Shown: positions 40,026 to 53,581 of the stretch, piece after piece
Numbering within the stretch: the stretch's first letter is position 1
Layout: each line of letters starts with the position of its first letter
Source of the DNA: Nemertoderma westbladi
Taxonomy: Eukaryota > Animalia > Xenacoelomorpha
Reading direction: 5' to 3'
Length of the DNA: 64,000 nucleotides
Assembly (NCBI GenBank): GCA_032718475.1
Contig: JAUCBJ010007359.1
Span: 1-64,000, forward strand
Notes under the pieces: generated by a model
What the model was told of the DNA's origin: nothing
Database searches by the model: none
Seen by the model: the letters and a program-made list of their open reading frames with translations, nothing else
Made by a program: the position numbers and the translations under genes

Positions 40026-42410
40026 GGGGGGGGGGGGGGGGGGGGGGGTGTACACTAGGGTGGAGTGAAAACAAATTTTTTCTTTACTTTTAAGGGAAGC
40101 ACTATTTTTCTGATGCCAAATCGGTCTAAACTAACATTGCAAAAAAAATTTTTGATTTTGAAATATTCTAAGCGGGCCTCACGACACTTGAAAATTTCAA
40201 ATTTTTGGGAAGGCAATGCCAGTTTTGAAATTCTTAGATATTTTGTATTTTTGATAAAAGTTAAGGAAAATGCAAATATTTAATGTCAAATAGGTTGGAA
40301 ACAAACACAAAATGTGAAATTGTGATTTTCATACAAATCTACCCCAGCCTCATGGCGTTTAAAAGTTTGCAAAATTTGCCAAATTTTGCCCTAAAAATAC
40401 AACAAACCTACTTCGTAGTCTCTATAGTTGAAATAGATTTACTGGGGTTTGGAGTTCTTCCTGAGTGAAAACCAAGTCCCCTGATTTGATCACAACTTTA
40501 TTTCAATACTAGAAACCCAGCTAGTTGGCTGTGAATTTGCCTTTGGATCAAATTCCCAATAAGTATATTATAAACAACAGTAGGCCTAGGTCTAGGAAGA
40601 AGGATAATTCTAAATTAGGAAAACACTAGAAAAACATATGAAAAACAATGTAAAGCACCCGGAAAACATTAAAATTATTGATCAACAGGAAATTTAATAC
40701 ATGATTACACTGAATTGGTCATCTTAAATGTACTCCTCGCATAGCACACGTTAAGTAATCTCCGTAAAACATAGGGAAAACTGGACTCTGGACTCTGGAC
40801 AACAGTGAAATTTTACCTATATTTCGCTAGAAAGCGGGGTAGCTCAATTGGCTGAGCGCCAGGCCTGCAATCCATTGGTTGTAGGTTCAGCCCCACCAGG
40901 GTCCACTCAGCCGCCTTTCATCCACTGGGGTCGATAAATTAGATTTGCTTTAATATAATTATTTAATTTAATTTAATATAATTAAAATAGATTTGCTTGA
41001 TATGCTGCTAATAATACTAGGTGAAAGAAGAAATCAATCAGCATGCAGTTCAGCACTATCCTTGTTTTACTGGTCAGCCAGTAGTACCAGTGTTGCTGTA
41101 TTCTGGTATTACATAGTGTATTCCAGTATTGTTAGTATTAGATCAATTCATCTGCTAAATGTTGGCAGTTGAAGTGCAGAAGTTGTGGTATTTATTATTA
41201 AGGATACCATTCATACCAGAAAACCGAACAGACTAGAAAATCATGTGTGATGTGTTCTAGATCTTGCATCTGCGCTTCTAGCCACACTGGTATGCCACTT
41301 CACTACAGTATCTCTGTAGGTAGGACCTAACTGTGGCCCTCTTGCTGTCTTAATATTAAATACCGCAACCATCTGCACTTTAACTGTTCAACATTTAGCA
41401 GATGACAAGACCCAACACTAACAATACTTGAATACACTAATACCAGAATACACCATTAATGTGCCTCTACCGACTGACCAGTAAAACTGTTGAAATGCAT
41501 GCTGATTGGTTACTGTTCCTTGGTTGCCGGGCAACAATGGTTTCTGTGTAGTATTAGACACTTTCAACTTATTTTTTAGCAGCATATTAGGTAAAATTTA
41601 ATGCTATTTAATGCCAATCATTTTTTCACTGTTTTCTGGACAGTTTATAGTTGTCCCTATGTTTTACGTAGATTACTTAATGGTGTGCTATGCGAGGAGT
41701 ACATTTAAGATTACCAATTCAGTGTAATTAATACATGTATTAAATTTCCTGTTGATCAATATTTTTACTTTTTCCGGGTGCATTACAGTGTTTTTCATTT
41801 GTTTTTCTAGTGCTTTACTGTTTTACTAGTGTTTTCCTAATTTAGAATTATCCTTCTTCCTATATACCTACTGTTGTTTATAATATACTTATTGGGAATT
41901 TGATCCGAAGGTAAATTCACAACCAGCAAGCTGGGTTTCTAGTATTGAAATATAGTTGTAATCAAATCAGAGGACGTGGTTTTCACTCAGGAAGAACTCC
42001 AAACCACAGTAAATCGATTTCAACTATAGAGTCTACGAACTAGGTTTGCTGTATTTTAAGGGTGAAATTTGGCAAATTTTGCAAAATTTCAAAGGCCATG
42101 AGGCTGGGGTAGATTTATATGAAAACCACAATTTCACATTTTGTGTTTGTTTCCAACCTATTTGACATTAAATATTTGCATCTTCCTTAACTTTTATCAA
42201 AAATACAAAATATCTGGGATTTTCAAAACTGGCATTGCCTTCTCAAAAATTTGAAATTTTCAAGTGTCGTGAGGCCCGCTTAGAATTTTTCGAAATCAAA
42301 AAATTTTTTTTGCAAAATTAGTTTAGACCGATTTGGCATCAGAAAAATAGTGCTTCCGTTAAATATAAAGAAAAATTTTTTTTTCACTCCACCCTAGTGT
42401 ACACCCCCCC
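40026..42410. mobile_element. 2.4-kb foldback (Kolobok-like terminus TTAA-GGGGTGTACAC)
   Basis: 40026-40830 is the reverse complement of 41640-42410. Inner arms 40990-41200 and 41360-41600 also pair. Confidence 0.88.
40834..40942 (+). mobile_element. tRNA-derived SINE head with Deu/Nin-like domain, inserted in the left foldback arm
   Basis: GGGGTAGCTCAATTGG A-box, GGTTCAGCCCC B-box, then ACTCAGCC..TTTCATCC..GGGGTCGATAAA. Absent from the right arm. Confidence 0.65.
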
Positions 42411-43329
42411 TCAGGTCAAATTTTCAAATTGTTATTTTATTAGTTAATCTAGAGCAGAATTTAATGAGGAGTTCAAATCTGAAAACCGCTTAGTGAGACC
42501 TCTTTCAGTTCTCGAGTTATCGTTGTTTTTCCGTATGTCAGTCTGTCCGTCAAATTGTATGAAAGACAGACGACCGACAGACAGACAGACAGACTAGATT
42601 CCACCAAACATTAAAACTGACATCAGAAATGAAATCAGCGACCCCGAAAACCCCCATATTGAAAATTTTAGATCCGTGGTGTGTATCCTTCGTGCCAGAA
42701 GTAATATTTCAACCAGAACATAGACATCCGATTTTGGCGGGAAGGTTTAAAATGCGAAGGGCATTTTCTCAGAATTAAAATCTGAAATATGAAAAATGCT
42801 ACTCCTCCGCTATTTTGTATCCAAATTTATCCATTTTTATGTCATTCGAATCAGATAGATGTGCTCTACAAATATTCTAGTATGGAATTTTGGAATAATA
42901 TATTTTTTAGTTATTTTGGTGCCACTTTTCGTAAAAAGGTCCTGTTTTGTTGCAAAAATGAGGGCAAAATTTATAAAAAATTAAATATAAAATTTTTTAA
43001 AATTTTTTTCAAAATTTGGTACTAGAATTATTTAATGTTATATATTTGAGAACACTTTAAATGCGAATCCGAAATTTTTCATTCAAGATTGGTAGACTAG
43101 TAGCAATTCAAATAAAAAAAGTTATTATATCGTTTGCCGCTAGGGGGCGTCTAGAAATTCATATTTTTACATGTAGGACTGATATTGACTTATATTGTAA
43201 CGAGTATGATACGTTTTTTCACAAACCGAAATATTATGCTTGTTCTATAGGCCGTATAAATTTGACATAAATGACCAGGCCCAAATTTCACAGCAATCAA
43301 AAATTTTAAATGCAACCGTTTCAGTAACC

Positions 43330-46300
43330 AACAGGCCTCATATTCCACTTGTCACCGCTGTGGATACAATAAATGCAGTCCTTCCAGTAACTGCTGATTT
43401 GGTCACAGCTGCCCTGGAACAATCTGGAATAAATTTACCCTACGATGGGTTATCCCCAGCCACAGCTCAATCAGCTGGTACTGTAGTAATAGGAGAACGT
43501 CCCAAAGGCCAGAACACCCCCGCTAAAGCCTTATCCTTTATTCATGCAGGTACAGGTGTGAACGCAAGCACAGATCAACCCGAAACTCAGTTAAATAGAG
43601 ATGTACATGGGTGGCTTAATTCGAATCACAATAACAGCCAGTCACAAATAAGTATACCCCTTGAGCCCAAATCTAAGGAATTCCAAAGGATACAAGGTGA
43701 GTTCGATACTGCAGTGGCACAAGGAACCATTGAAAATTATTCTTATCGAACTCTAAAGGGTTTAAGACGAGAAAATGAATTACAAAATGAAATTGTCCCT
43801 AATGATTCCGTCTCCAATGTAGGAAGTAGGTATCATAAACGAGCTACTTCAAAGGCATCATCCAAGGTGTCACGAGTCACCCAATCTGAAACTGGAAGGT
43901 CTAACATTATGGCTGCCCGCAGAGAAGCTGAGCTTCTATCTTTAAAAGCAGAGATGGGGAAGGAGGCAGAAGAGATGAAACTTCTTGAGCAAAGCAGACT
44001 CGATGCTCACCGCGCTGAGCACAAGCATCAAGAGCGAGCATTAAAGGTGAAAGTAAAGTTACAGGAAGCTAATGACAATGCAAAATTAGCCAGGGCCAGA
44101 TTAAAATTATTGGAACGGGATGCTGTATTAAGGGACTTCGCCCAAAATAAATCTGGGGAAAAAATTCAGGAAACAAAAAATTCGCGAATATCGATAGACC
44201 CTGATGTTCCATGTGCCAATGCAAGTATTTCTATTAGTGACAACATTAATGTGATACCGGTACCTGTTAGTAGTGTTAGTGTTAGTAGAGTGCAAATGGA
44301 GCGGAGTGCTGAAGTACCAAATGGACGTATGGGTGGAAGTGGAGTTGGTACACCTGTTCGTGCGACTGTTGAAGTGTGTAATGCAGCCAGTGGAAAAAGT
44401 AATGTACCGAAATTTATGTTAGTGGATAATGGTGTAGCAGGTACTAGTTACATTAGCCCTAGTTATCAACCCAAAAATGATCCTAATGTTTTAGATAAAA
44501 TTTCAAAATATCAGCCATCTAATGTTAATGAAAATGAATCAGTTCAGCTTGATAATGATGCTTCGGTGTCTATCGATGTTCATAATTGCCAAAATAAAGC
44601 CACTGCAGTAAACCGAACTTCACCTCACTCTGGGAATGTCAGTACATTCCCCGATACTGTAGGGAATTCCAAAGATCACTCTATAAAATTGACTGAGCAT
44701 GAGCTTGAACAGCCCAAAATGGATAACTTAGAGCCGAGATTACACATTCAAGCGAAAGGTGGGTCAGTGTCTTTGGGCCACACGCAGTCGACACCTGGCC
44801 TAAAAGTGAAATCGATGAGAGTGGCACGGTACCATACATCCTACTCAGATGCACCACAGCATAACTGTTTTGAATATGTTGATACTCCTGTAAAGCATTC
44901 AAACTTTATTGCATCTACAGCAAGGTCATTGAACCCAATTAAACGACCAGTAACTGGAAGGGCAGCCGAACTTGACACAATTATTGAAGAGAAACAAGAT
45001 GGCAATGACCAGGAATGTGCTGCATGCTTGCAAGGAGGGCCTCTTGCAGCAGTACACTACAACCCACGTGGCACCCCATATCATTTGCAAGCTGGCCCAA
45101 ATCTAATAGCCATTCCACACCCTGTACCAGTGTTTAAATCTCGTATCCAACCACCATTCCTACCTCGACCATACGGGAGCAATGGCATAAGAGCAACTCA
45201 GGAGCATTCCTTGGTAAAACCCCCTTTAGTGCCTACTCCCATTTATGTACCTGCAAAGCAGACTACAGAATTATCAACTGTGCTTAATCCTGCAGCCATC
45301 GTCAGCCCAGTGCTGTCTGAGCCAGAACCTATATATATTAGTTGCAATTCACAAAGACAGGTCACAAACGTTTACTCTCCCGACCAACAACAACCACAGA
45401 ATATGTTCGAACCCGATGATCACAAGCAGTCAGTTACCATGGCAACACAAACAGAATCTCATGGTAGGAAAGCGAGTGGAGAACAAGACAGAAATTACAA
45501 CAAAGTAATTATTTCCAGTCCTAGAAAGATAACCAAAGTAAGAGAACATGAGGTGGATACAGATATGCCTGACGAACCTGAACATTCAAGAAATATGTGA
45601 CAGTAGGGTAAGAGGTCGGCTAATTTCTAAGGCTGATACTATTCTAGCTCAGATTCTGGGTACACACAACGATTCGAACTCTAATTCAATCCTTGGCACT
45701 GGCACAGTTACAAATAATATAGGACAGTCAACAACTACAGAATCAGTTTGGAAAAATGTTGTTATGCGTTTAACATTGCCACCACAAATTCCAGAACCAT
45801 TCACTGGTAATCCTATTGAGTTTGTCAGCTTCATTCAAACCTTTTATGACAGAGTTCATGTCCATGACATTACAGACTCTGAAAGACTTAATTACCTGTT
45901 ACAATATACCCGTGGAACACCACATACTGCTATACGGAAGGTGAAAGGGCTGCAGTCAGGATATGCTAAAGCCTTGGAAATACTAAATGACCGTTATGGA
46001 AATTCATTACAAATAGTTGATAAGACAATATCCCAACTCGTTGATATCTCTCGTCTGGGTGATAATGATATCATTGGATTGAGAGAATTGGCTGATAACC
46101 TCACGCAAGCAACACAGTTATTGGAACAAATGGGACGGTCTAATGAAATGAATAGTGTAGAGCATATGAAAAGAATAATAAGTGTCTGCCCCACTCATGT
46201 GCAGTATAAATGGCAAAAACGTGTTCATGAATTAAAAATGATCCATAAGAGACAACCAACTTTCAATGATGTAGTACAGCATATTGAATGGTCAGCAGGA

Positions 46301-46740
46301 GTGTCCTGTAACTCAGTATTTAAAGTCAATAGAAAGGTTATCGGAGATTCCACATTATCATCTCAAGGATATGGCAAGGGCCAGAACAAGGATCGGGGAG
46401 GCAATAATAAAACAACATTTCGTCCACCAAATGATGGATCACAACACAATTCCTTTGAGAATTTGCCAGGGAGGCTGGGATTTCCACAACATCCCCGTGC
46501 AACCATGTTACTCACTGATACCCATTACGGAAATACCAATCAACAACCCTATGGAGTAAATCAAGGCTACACCCATATGTCAGAAAATGGACCATATCCT
46601 TTGCATCATGTTGCACCACCACCTTTATCAAATCCAGACTATCGACATCAGCCACTGACGGCACGATTTCAATCTCCAATGCAACTACAACAAACCTATC
46701 GTAAACCTGTATTAAACCCAAATAAACAGCAACAACCCAA
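43330..46740 (+). pseudogene. BEL/Pao gag fragment (long N-terminal region plus DUF1759-type core), frameshifted and truncated
   Basis: ORF 43240-45600 has PNDSVSNV, a Ser-rich stretch and a coiled coil. ORF 45548-46786 has FTGNPIEFVSFIQTF...ERLNYLLQYTRG...ALEILNDRYGN. No LTR or pol seen. Confidence 0.85.
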
Positions 46741-46781
46741 TAAGGGGGGGGGGGGGGTACCCCCCCCCCCCCCCCCCTTAA

Positions 46782-47059
46782 ACTAGACAATTATATCATA
46801 GGGATATTACGTCCATAACTATTGCACAGGTAATATTGTAAACAAGCAGAGCATGACCCATTAAAAAACGCAAAACAAAACACAGCACATAATATATTGT
46901 ATTGTAATATAATATTAGTAAAAGATAAAATATTTAAAAAATAATCAAGAAATCGAAGGATAAAAAAAAATATGCACAGCCTGTAATAATGTAGGCAGAT
47001 TATATTATAAAAAATCAATTGTTTCACGTATCCGACTCGACTGAGAAGTTGCCACCGCG
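46782..47059 (-). mobile_element. LINE-like 3' UTR fragment whose (TAAA)n tail lies at 40005-40025
   Basis: 7-bp TSD ACACAAT at 39998-40004 and 47060-47066. The fragment is split at a TTAA by the 40026-46777 block. Confidence 0.6.
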
Positions 47060-47639
47060 ACACAATCAATTTACAATATTGAGATACATTCAAATTTTTG
47101 TGCTAGCACCAAATTTGTGTGCTAGCACGAAATATTTTAATTCTAGATTATTTTATATGAATTCAATCTAATTGCGAATACCAAAAACACGGTGTAAATA
47201 AAAAATAGATATGTTTTAAATCATACTTCATGAAATGTACTTTTAAAAAAATTTATTTAAAAAAGTGACGAAAGTAGGGTTAAAAAATGGTGCTATAACT
47301 CGAATACTTCCCAATATTTTTAAAATCCGATTTCACTATTACGAAGACAATAGATTTTTAGGAGAAGTCATAAAATTTCAGACTCCCAACTACGTTTGTT
47401 TCAGAGTTATAAGGGGGTCATTTTGAGCCCCCCTCCACCCCCCCGTGTTTAATAGGGTTAATGATTACATTACCGTTAGTCTACAGTTCCATAACTCTGT
47501 ACCAATGATACCAACCCTATTATTGGTTACGTTGGCCTAATTGAATCCTCGATATCACTTTTATGTATATTAATCAAATTTTAGCAAATTAAACAAAAAT
47601 AACCAAAATTAATTCAACGATCAAACAACAATCAATTAA

Positions 47640-48885
47640 TTAATTACAACTATTTAACGCAATCCCAGCCTCGGCTACAGCCGCGCTCACGCCGGTCTCC
47701 TGCATCGTCTGTCTTGTTGCGAGCCTATCCTTCGGCATCCGTGCGCCCCGGAGGCACATGATGGAGGAACGGAATAGGGCGAAACTCAACCGAGTCCTGA
47801 TGAGGGAGAGAGTCTCCGAGTAGGGAGCTTCCCGTTTCGCCGACAGTAGGAGCGCGATGCGTGTGAGGAGCGCGTGGGCTGAGCGGCTGGCCCCACCAGT
47901 TGTAGCAATTACAAAAGGCGAGAAGCCGGCGTGCTCAACGTCATGGATTCTATCCTCGTACTTCCTCCGTTTCTCTCGCTCATGTTTGCTGTAAGCAGCA
48001 TCCACGGAGCGAGGATTGGAGGAGCACAGAGGATTGAATACCTTGACGTCGATATACACCCGCTCGAAACGCCCGCCCCACAGCCCACTCGCCGCAACGT
48101 CCAGACGGGCCTCCGGGTCTACCGTAGCAGATCTCAGGCGGAATGACTCGCCCTCGATCGGCTGGAGATGGGGTTCCACCTCGACGTCGTGTACGACCTC
48201 GCTGAGGAGCTCGGCGAGGAAATCGCGGACCTCGTTGTGCCACAGGATAGGGTAGGCTCCCATATGGCAGTGAAGGGAGTGTGAGATGGTGAATACAGCA
48301 CCGCAGGAGCAGTTGGCGGGCAGCCTCGGGGGGCTCCCACCCAAATCGCGCGGACACAACGCATCCCGGAAAGCGGATTTGTGTAGGGAAAAGTTGTATC
48401 TGGAAATGGGTAGGGCCGAGAGCCATGCCGACGCTCCACGCTCCTTCGCCAGTGTCCGATGGTAGAGGGCGTCTCCGGACAGTTGAGTTCAACCGCCGCA
48501 CATCGAGTCTTCACAGCCTCATCCTGCTCCTTGCGGATCTCACGCAGGATGGTCTGCTGTGTTGTACGAGCGGCTGGGTCCGAACACCGTAGGGGCTCGC
48601 AGAGTTGCAACGACTTCTCATAGCTTTCCACCTCATCCTGAGGTTGATTTATTGCTAGCCCCCCCTCCCTCACAGGGAGTGCCAGCAGCTGTCGTTCCGA
48701 AAGGCCGGGTGGGTATCTGCCAGTGAGTGTCGGGATGACTGTGCTGGAGAGCGTTTCCTCAACTGGATCCAAGTGACCGAATAACCCGGGTGTGGTGCGA
48801 GCCAATAAGTTTACCTTCGGCTGTAAGCCACGGACCAGGCATCCGTACGCGGGGTGGGGAGCAGTCACTGCGAAATGGCCTGATT
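47640..48885 (-). mobile_element. CRE-clade non-LTR retrotransposon 3' part (zinc knuckle plus restriction-like endonuclease), frameshifted
   Basis: LPVREGGLAI; CSCG...HSLHCHMG, HNEVRD, EARLDV, YIDVKV, HEREKRRKY and FSPFVIATTGG. Confidence 0.88.
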
Positions 48886-49450
48886 GAATAGGTTCCAATT
48901 TTCTGAGATTATGGTTCTATGGAACTGGGACCGCACTGGGAATAAGTCGTGAGACTTGATTAGTCAATCCTGCTGTCCGAAGTAAACTTGATGTTTTATA
49001 CAATAATTTGACATCCACAAACACCAACTACTACATTCTTGGATGAAACTCTCTTAATGAAACTGAATGGGTTGGTGTAACAGAATGCCCCCCTTCAGTT
49101 AATCAGGAAAATTTCATTGTTCATTGTCGTGTAAAACTTACTGGATTTTTATTGAGTGTCATTAAGAATAGCTATATAATATGTTAACGATAGAGGGTCT
49201 TCTGGTCTTCCCCAGCAATAAAAACGTTTTGTATTATTATTATTCGCGAGGCCTTTAGGGCCTAAACTGTGACGGGATCCGAGAATCCCGACCGGTGTTG
49301 TTTATGTACGCGTCAGCCGCACCGTGTGATGGAAAAGGAATTTGTTGTTCCGACGTTCTTAATAATATAGATATATATGTGATCTACAGATGTAAATACA
49401 ATAGCAGATAGCAACTGGTTATATGTTAATAGACCGGTAATATGGGTGAT

Positions 49451-49481
<31 letters not shown>

Positions 49482-50969
49482 ATGACGGTCTTAAACTGTC
49501 ACCGTACTGCCATGACTGTACTGAGATAACTGAGCGACTGAATAACACCGACCGGTAATATACTACACTACCTTTGGCCGTGTTACTCAGCTGATGCCCT
49601 GCTGTCCCCCCATTGGCCGACAACCTAATTCTCGCCTTTCCTCTGTGGGAGTGTTTCCCCCCCGCTGCTGTTACTCTCTCTCCTTGAGGTAACTTGACCT
49701 CTAACCTCTATTGTACGAGGCCCTTTGGGGTTCTTTGTCCCCGTTTATTGGGGGTGATACGAGGTTGATTGGCAATCAATCTCGTATTCCCCAATATTGC
49801 TTAAAGGCGCTCTTGCCCACTTTATGGGGGTTGGTGAGGCGGAATTGAATACGCTCACACTCCCCCCATGCTATCTTCCCGGTGAGAAGATAGCATCCAC
49901 CTTTAGTGCGCTACAATTCCGCTGGATCCCGATCTGCCATCGGGTGTGGGGTGGAATTATTTTCTTCGGAGCCGGCTTTCCAGGCCGCTCCCTATGGGTA
50001 TGATATCGCTACCCCGTTTTCCTGGCGTCCCGTGTCGGGCCGATCGTGACTTCCTCTCACACGACTTTTGTTTCCCCAACACTTTCACCGCTAACTCCGC
50101 TCCACTTTCACCCTAACTCTTCCATACTCCCGGACCTCCTCGTCCCTCACTATGCCTCTTGCTTCTCCCCCCCCCCCCCACACTTGAATTGCACCCGCAC
50201 TCTCTCCGCGCTATCTCCACACCACCTCTCGCTATCTCTCTTGCGTTCTCCTCCCATACTCTTCTCACATTCCTCTCATACTCCTCTCATACTTCTCTCA
50301 TACTCATCTCATCATACTCCTCACTCTCCACGCCTGTGGTCCCACCAAGTGCCCCTCCTACTCGTATCCCGGTAGTGCCTATCTGCACGATTCTTATCCC
50401 GCAGGATACGAGCTTTCACAATAAATCCTGAACTCCGCCCTGTTGTTTAATGACCACGCACTTATCGGGTCCCATGCATTTGCGCTCATGTTAGTGGGAG
50501 CCGTCTAAGTCCCGTCCTGTTGCCCTAGTCAATTAGTCCCCAGTCCCAGTAGCCAATTGGAAAAAGGTTGTGCTTGACTACGGTACATACTGTATAATAT
50601 ATACGAATTATTATATAATTATTATAAGATTATAATTATTGTTATTATATATATTATATTATAAGCTCGTCTACATAACGCGTTTCATTCCTACTATTCA
50701 CTACTCTCTCTCCGCCTTTCTCGCCTGGCGACTTCTTCCAGTCGCTTCCCCTCAAGTCTATCCGCTTCCCGCTTCTCCCACCTCTGATATGTGTATCCAC
50801 CTCCCTGTCTACTAGATGCCGGCTGTTGTATTACACCGACTCGCCCTCCAGCCCCGGGTGGTCTACCAGACCTTCGAAGGCCACCTAGAAGGCCCTTCTG
50901 TAGTTCGGAGGTGGTCCTGATATTCTTAACTTTTATTTTAATTTGTGTTATTACCCTATTTATCTTTCT

Positions 50970-52250
50970 AGCTGCTACTTCTATGGTCTCTACTCTCTTA
51001 CTGCTAACTCTACTGACTCCACTAGCTCTACTAACTCCCTGGCTCTACTGACTCTCTAACTCTACTGACTCTCTAACTCTACTGACTCTCTACCTCTACT
51101 AACTCTCTACCTCTACTAACTCTACTGACTCTCTACCTCTACTAACTCTACTAACTCTACTGACTCTCTACCTCTACTAACTCTACTGACTATGTACCTC
51201 TAACTAATGGTACTACGTACCCTCTTACTACTCTTACTAACTCCTCTAGCTAACGGTACTACGTACCTTCTTACTACTCTTACTAACTCCTCTAACTAAT
51301 GGTACTACGTACCCTCTTACTACCCCTACTAACTCCTCTAGCTAACGGTACTATGTACCCTCTTACTACCCTTACTACATGATGCCCTCCACGCCCACAG
51401 GTTTCGCACTTTCCATACTCCTTGGCAATAGCATGCGTACCCCCCCCCCTCACTTTGCGCCCTCTCTACTACTCTACTACCTCTAACTCTGCTACCACCT
51501 CTATCTACGTGGCGTTTGCGGTGCCCACAACCACTCTGCTTACTACCTCCATCTACGTGGCGCTTGCGGTGCCCACAACCACTCTACTACTTCTAACTCT
51601 CTAACTCTACTACCTGGCACCCTATGTGCCCTCTCTACTACTCTACTACCTGGCACCCTATGTGCCCTCTCTACTACTCTACCTGGCACCCTCAACTATG
51701 GCTATGTATACATGCTCCCCTCAATTCCGTACGTGCCGCCCTCAGTGCCATCAAAGGTGCTCATACTTCCCGTACTTCATACAAGGTACTCCTACACTTT
51801 GTGCACTTCGGCACGTCCATACCCTTTCCGTCCAACCCACTGGACCACTCAATAACTTATCGGCCACCCCTTCATCACGCATCTCTCCAGCCTTATCTAC
51901 TTCCTCTACATCTACTCCCTCTACTCTATCTACTTCCTCTACATCTACTCCCTCTACTTTATCTACATCTTATCTCCTCTACGTCTCCTCGCCTGCACGT
52001 GACTCTCTGAGTGCCGGCAAAGTGGGTATGTTAATTATGTGAACTACTACTAACTCTTACTAACTCTACTAACTCTCTACTAACTCTTACTAACTCAACT
52101 ACTTCCATCTACGTGACGCTTGTGGTGCCCACAACCACTCTACTACTACCTCTACTCTGCTAACTCCTACTAACTCTACTACCTCCATCTATGTGGCACT
52201 TGCGGTGCCTACAACCACTCTACTACTACCTCTACTCTGCTAACTTCTTG
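50970..52250. repeat. Low-complexity (CTCTA/CTACT) repeats inside the LTR element
   Basis: Seen directly. The transcribed (minus) strand is strongly purine-biased. Confidence 0.85.
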
Positions 52251-53039
52251 TGCCCGGCACCTCTCGTGCCCGGCACCCACCCTAATTAACATACCCTGCT
52301 CTTACATCAAACACGTCATCATGCCCGTGCCCTACTTATTTCAACGCACCCCCTGTACCCTTCTCATTTCTCCCATCTTTCTCCTCTAGCTCACCCTACT
52401 TGTTTCCTACTTGTTTGTTCTTGGTTGTTTATTTTGCTGATATTCGTAATGGGGGAATGTCACCCTGTCCCCCCCCCCCCCCCCACTGGTGTTATGTTTG
52501 GTACTGGGGCTGATGTTAATATATTGGGGCCCATCCATCTATCTGCAATATCCCCCTCAACCGGGTATATGTTGTGTCCCTGGATATTATAGTCATGCTG
52601 CTGTGCCGGTACCGATGTAGGCCTATCCACTTCTGGCCTACCTACCGGTATGTACTCCGCGACTTCCGGATCTAATCCCGTCGTTCGCGCTATCCCATCG
52701 CCTACACTATCTCTCCCAGCATGGCCTATAATAGTATGTGCAGTAAGGCCTACAGTATGTCCTGCAGTCTGCATGTGCCCTTCCGAACCGAAGTTTAATT
52801 CTCTCGAATCTCGAATCTCCCCGCGACTACCGTACTCTCGGTCGGCAGCTATATCCCATCGGGAAGTTTCTCTTCAATCCCCTTTTCTATTCTCGTCTTC
52901 ATATCGGTACACTCTGTACCGCTCTCCTGGCGTGCGGTGCGTTTCTCCAGGGCGACGGCAATCTCCCGGAGTTCGACCCCACTGACTCCCTAACTCCATC
53001 TCTACTCCACCACTCTCCATCGGCGGGTGCCACGGCTCA

Positions 53040-53470
53040 CCCAACTCGCCCCGTGCACTATCCGCCGATGCCTGTGGAACATTCTCTGCCCCCCCCCCCC
53101 CTCTCGCTACTAATCTCTCGTGGTGGGGTGCCCGTAGCCCCCCCCCCCCCCACCCACCACTTCTAACTTCACTATCTCTTACTACACTTCTGCGTCCCTC
53201 TTGTCGGACATTCTCTACCCCCCCCCCCCTCTCAAGCCACTAATCTTCCATGGTGGGGCGCCCGTAGCCCCCCTCCCCACCCGCTACTTCTAACTTCACT
53301 ATCTCTTACTTCACTTCTATGCCCCTCTTGTAGGGCATTCTCTGCCCCCCCCCCCCCCCCTCTCTCAACAGTAATCTTCCGTGGTGGGGCGCCCGTAGCC
53401 CCCCTCCCCCCCCCCCCACTCGCCACTTCTAACTTCACTATCTCTTACTTTACTTCTACACCCCTCTCTA
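53040..53470. repeat. Three ~125-bp tandem units inside the LTR element
   Basis: CTTCTAACTTCACTATCTCTTACT recurs at ~53160, 53287 and 53427. Confidence 0.8.
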
Positions 53471-53581
53471 GTCGACGCACTGTCTCTACTTCGGCTGGGT
53501 CTATTCACCCTCACCTCTCTCTCTACTACTACGTGGCCTTGCAGACCCCCGTCGGGTTGACTCATCCCCGACGCTCCCTGC

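Larger units (their letters stand above)
37112..47457 (+). mobile_element. Old piggyBac-type MITE copy 3, expanded by nested insertions
   Basis: TTAA-CCCTATTAG at 37108-37120 and TAATAGGG-TTAA at 47450-47461. Segments 37112-37151, 38867-40004 and 47060-47457 are collinear with 5892-7470. Confidence 0.8.

Noticed and set aside
40834-40900. tRNA-Cys gene
   Set aside because: The B-box and stems are degenerate and it runs into a SINE central domain, so it is treated as a SINE head.
50340-50560. Integrase GPY/F remnant in the non-autonomous LTR element
   Set aside because: Only a weak KCMGPDK resemblance among stop codons.
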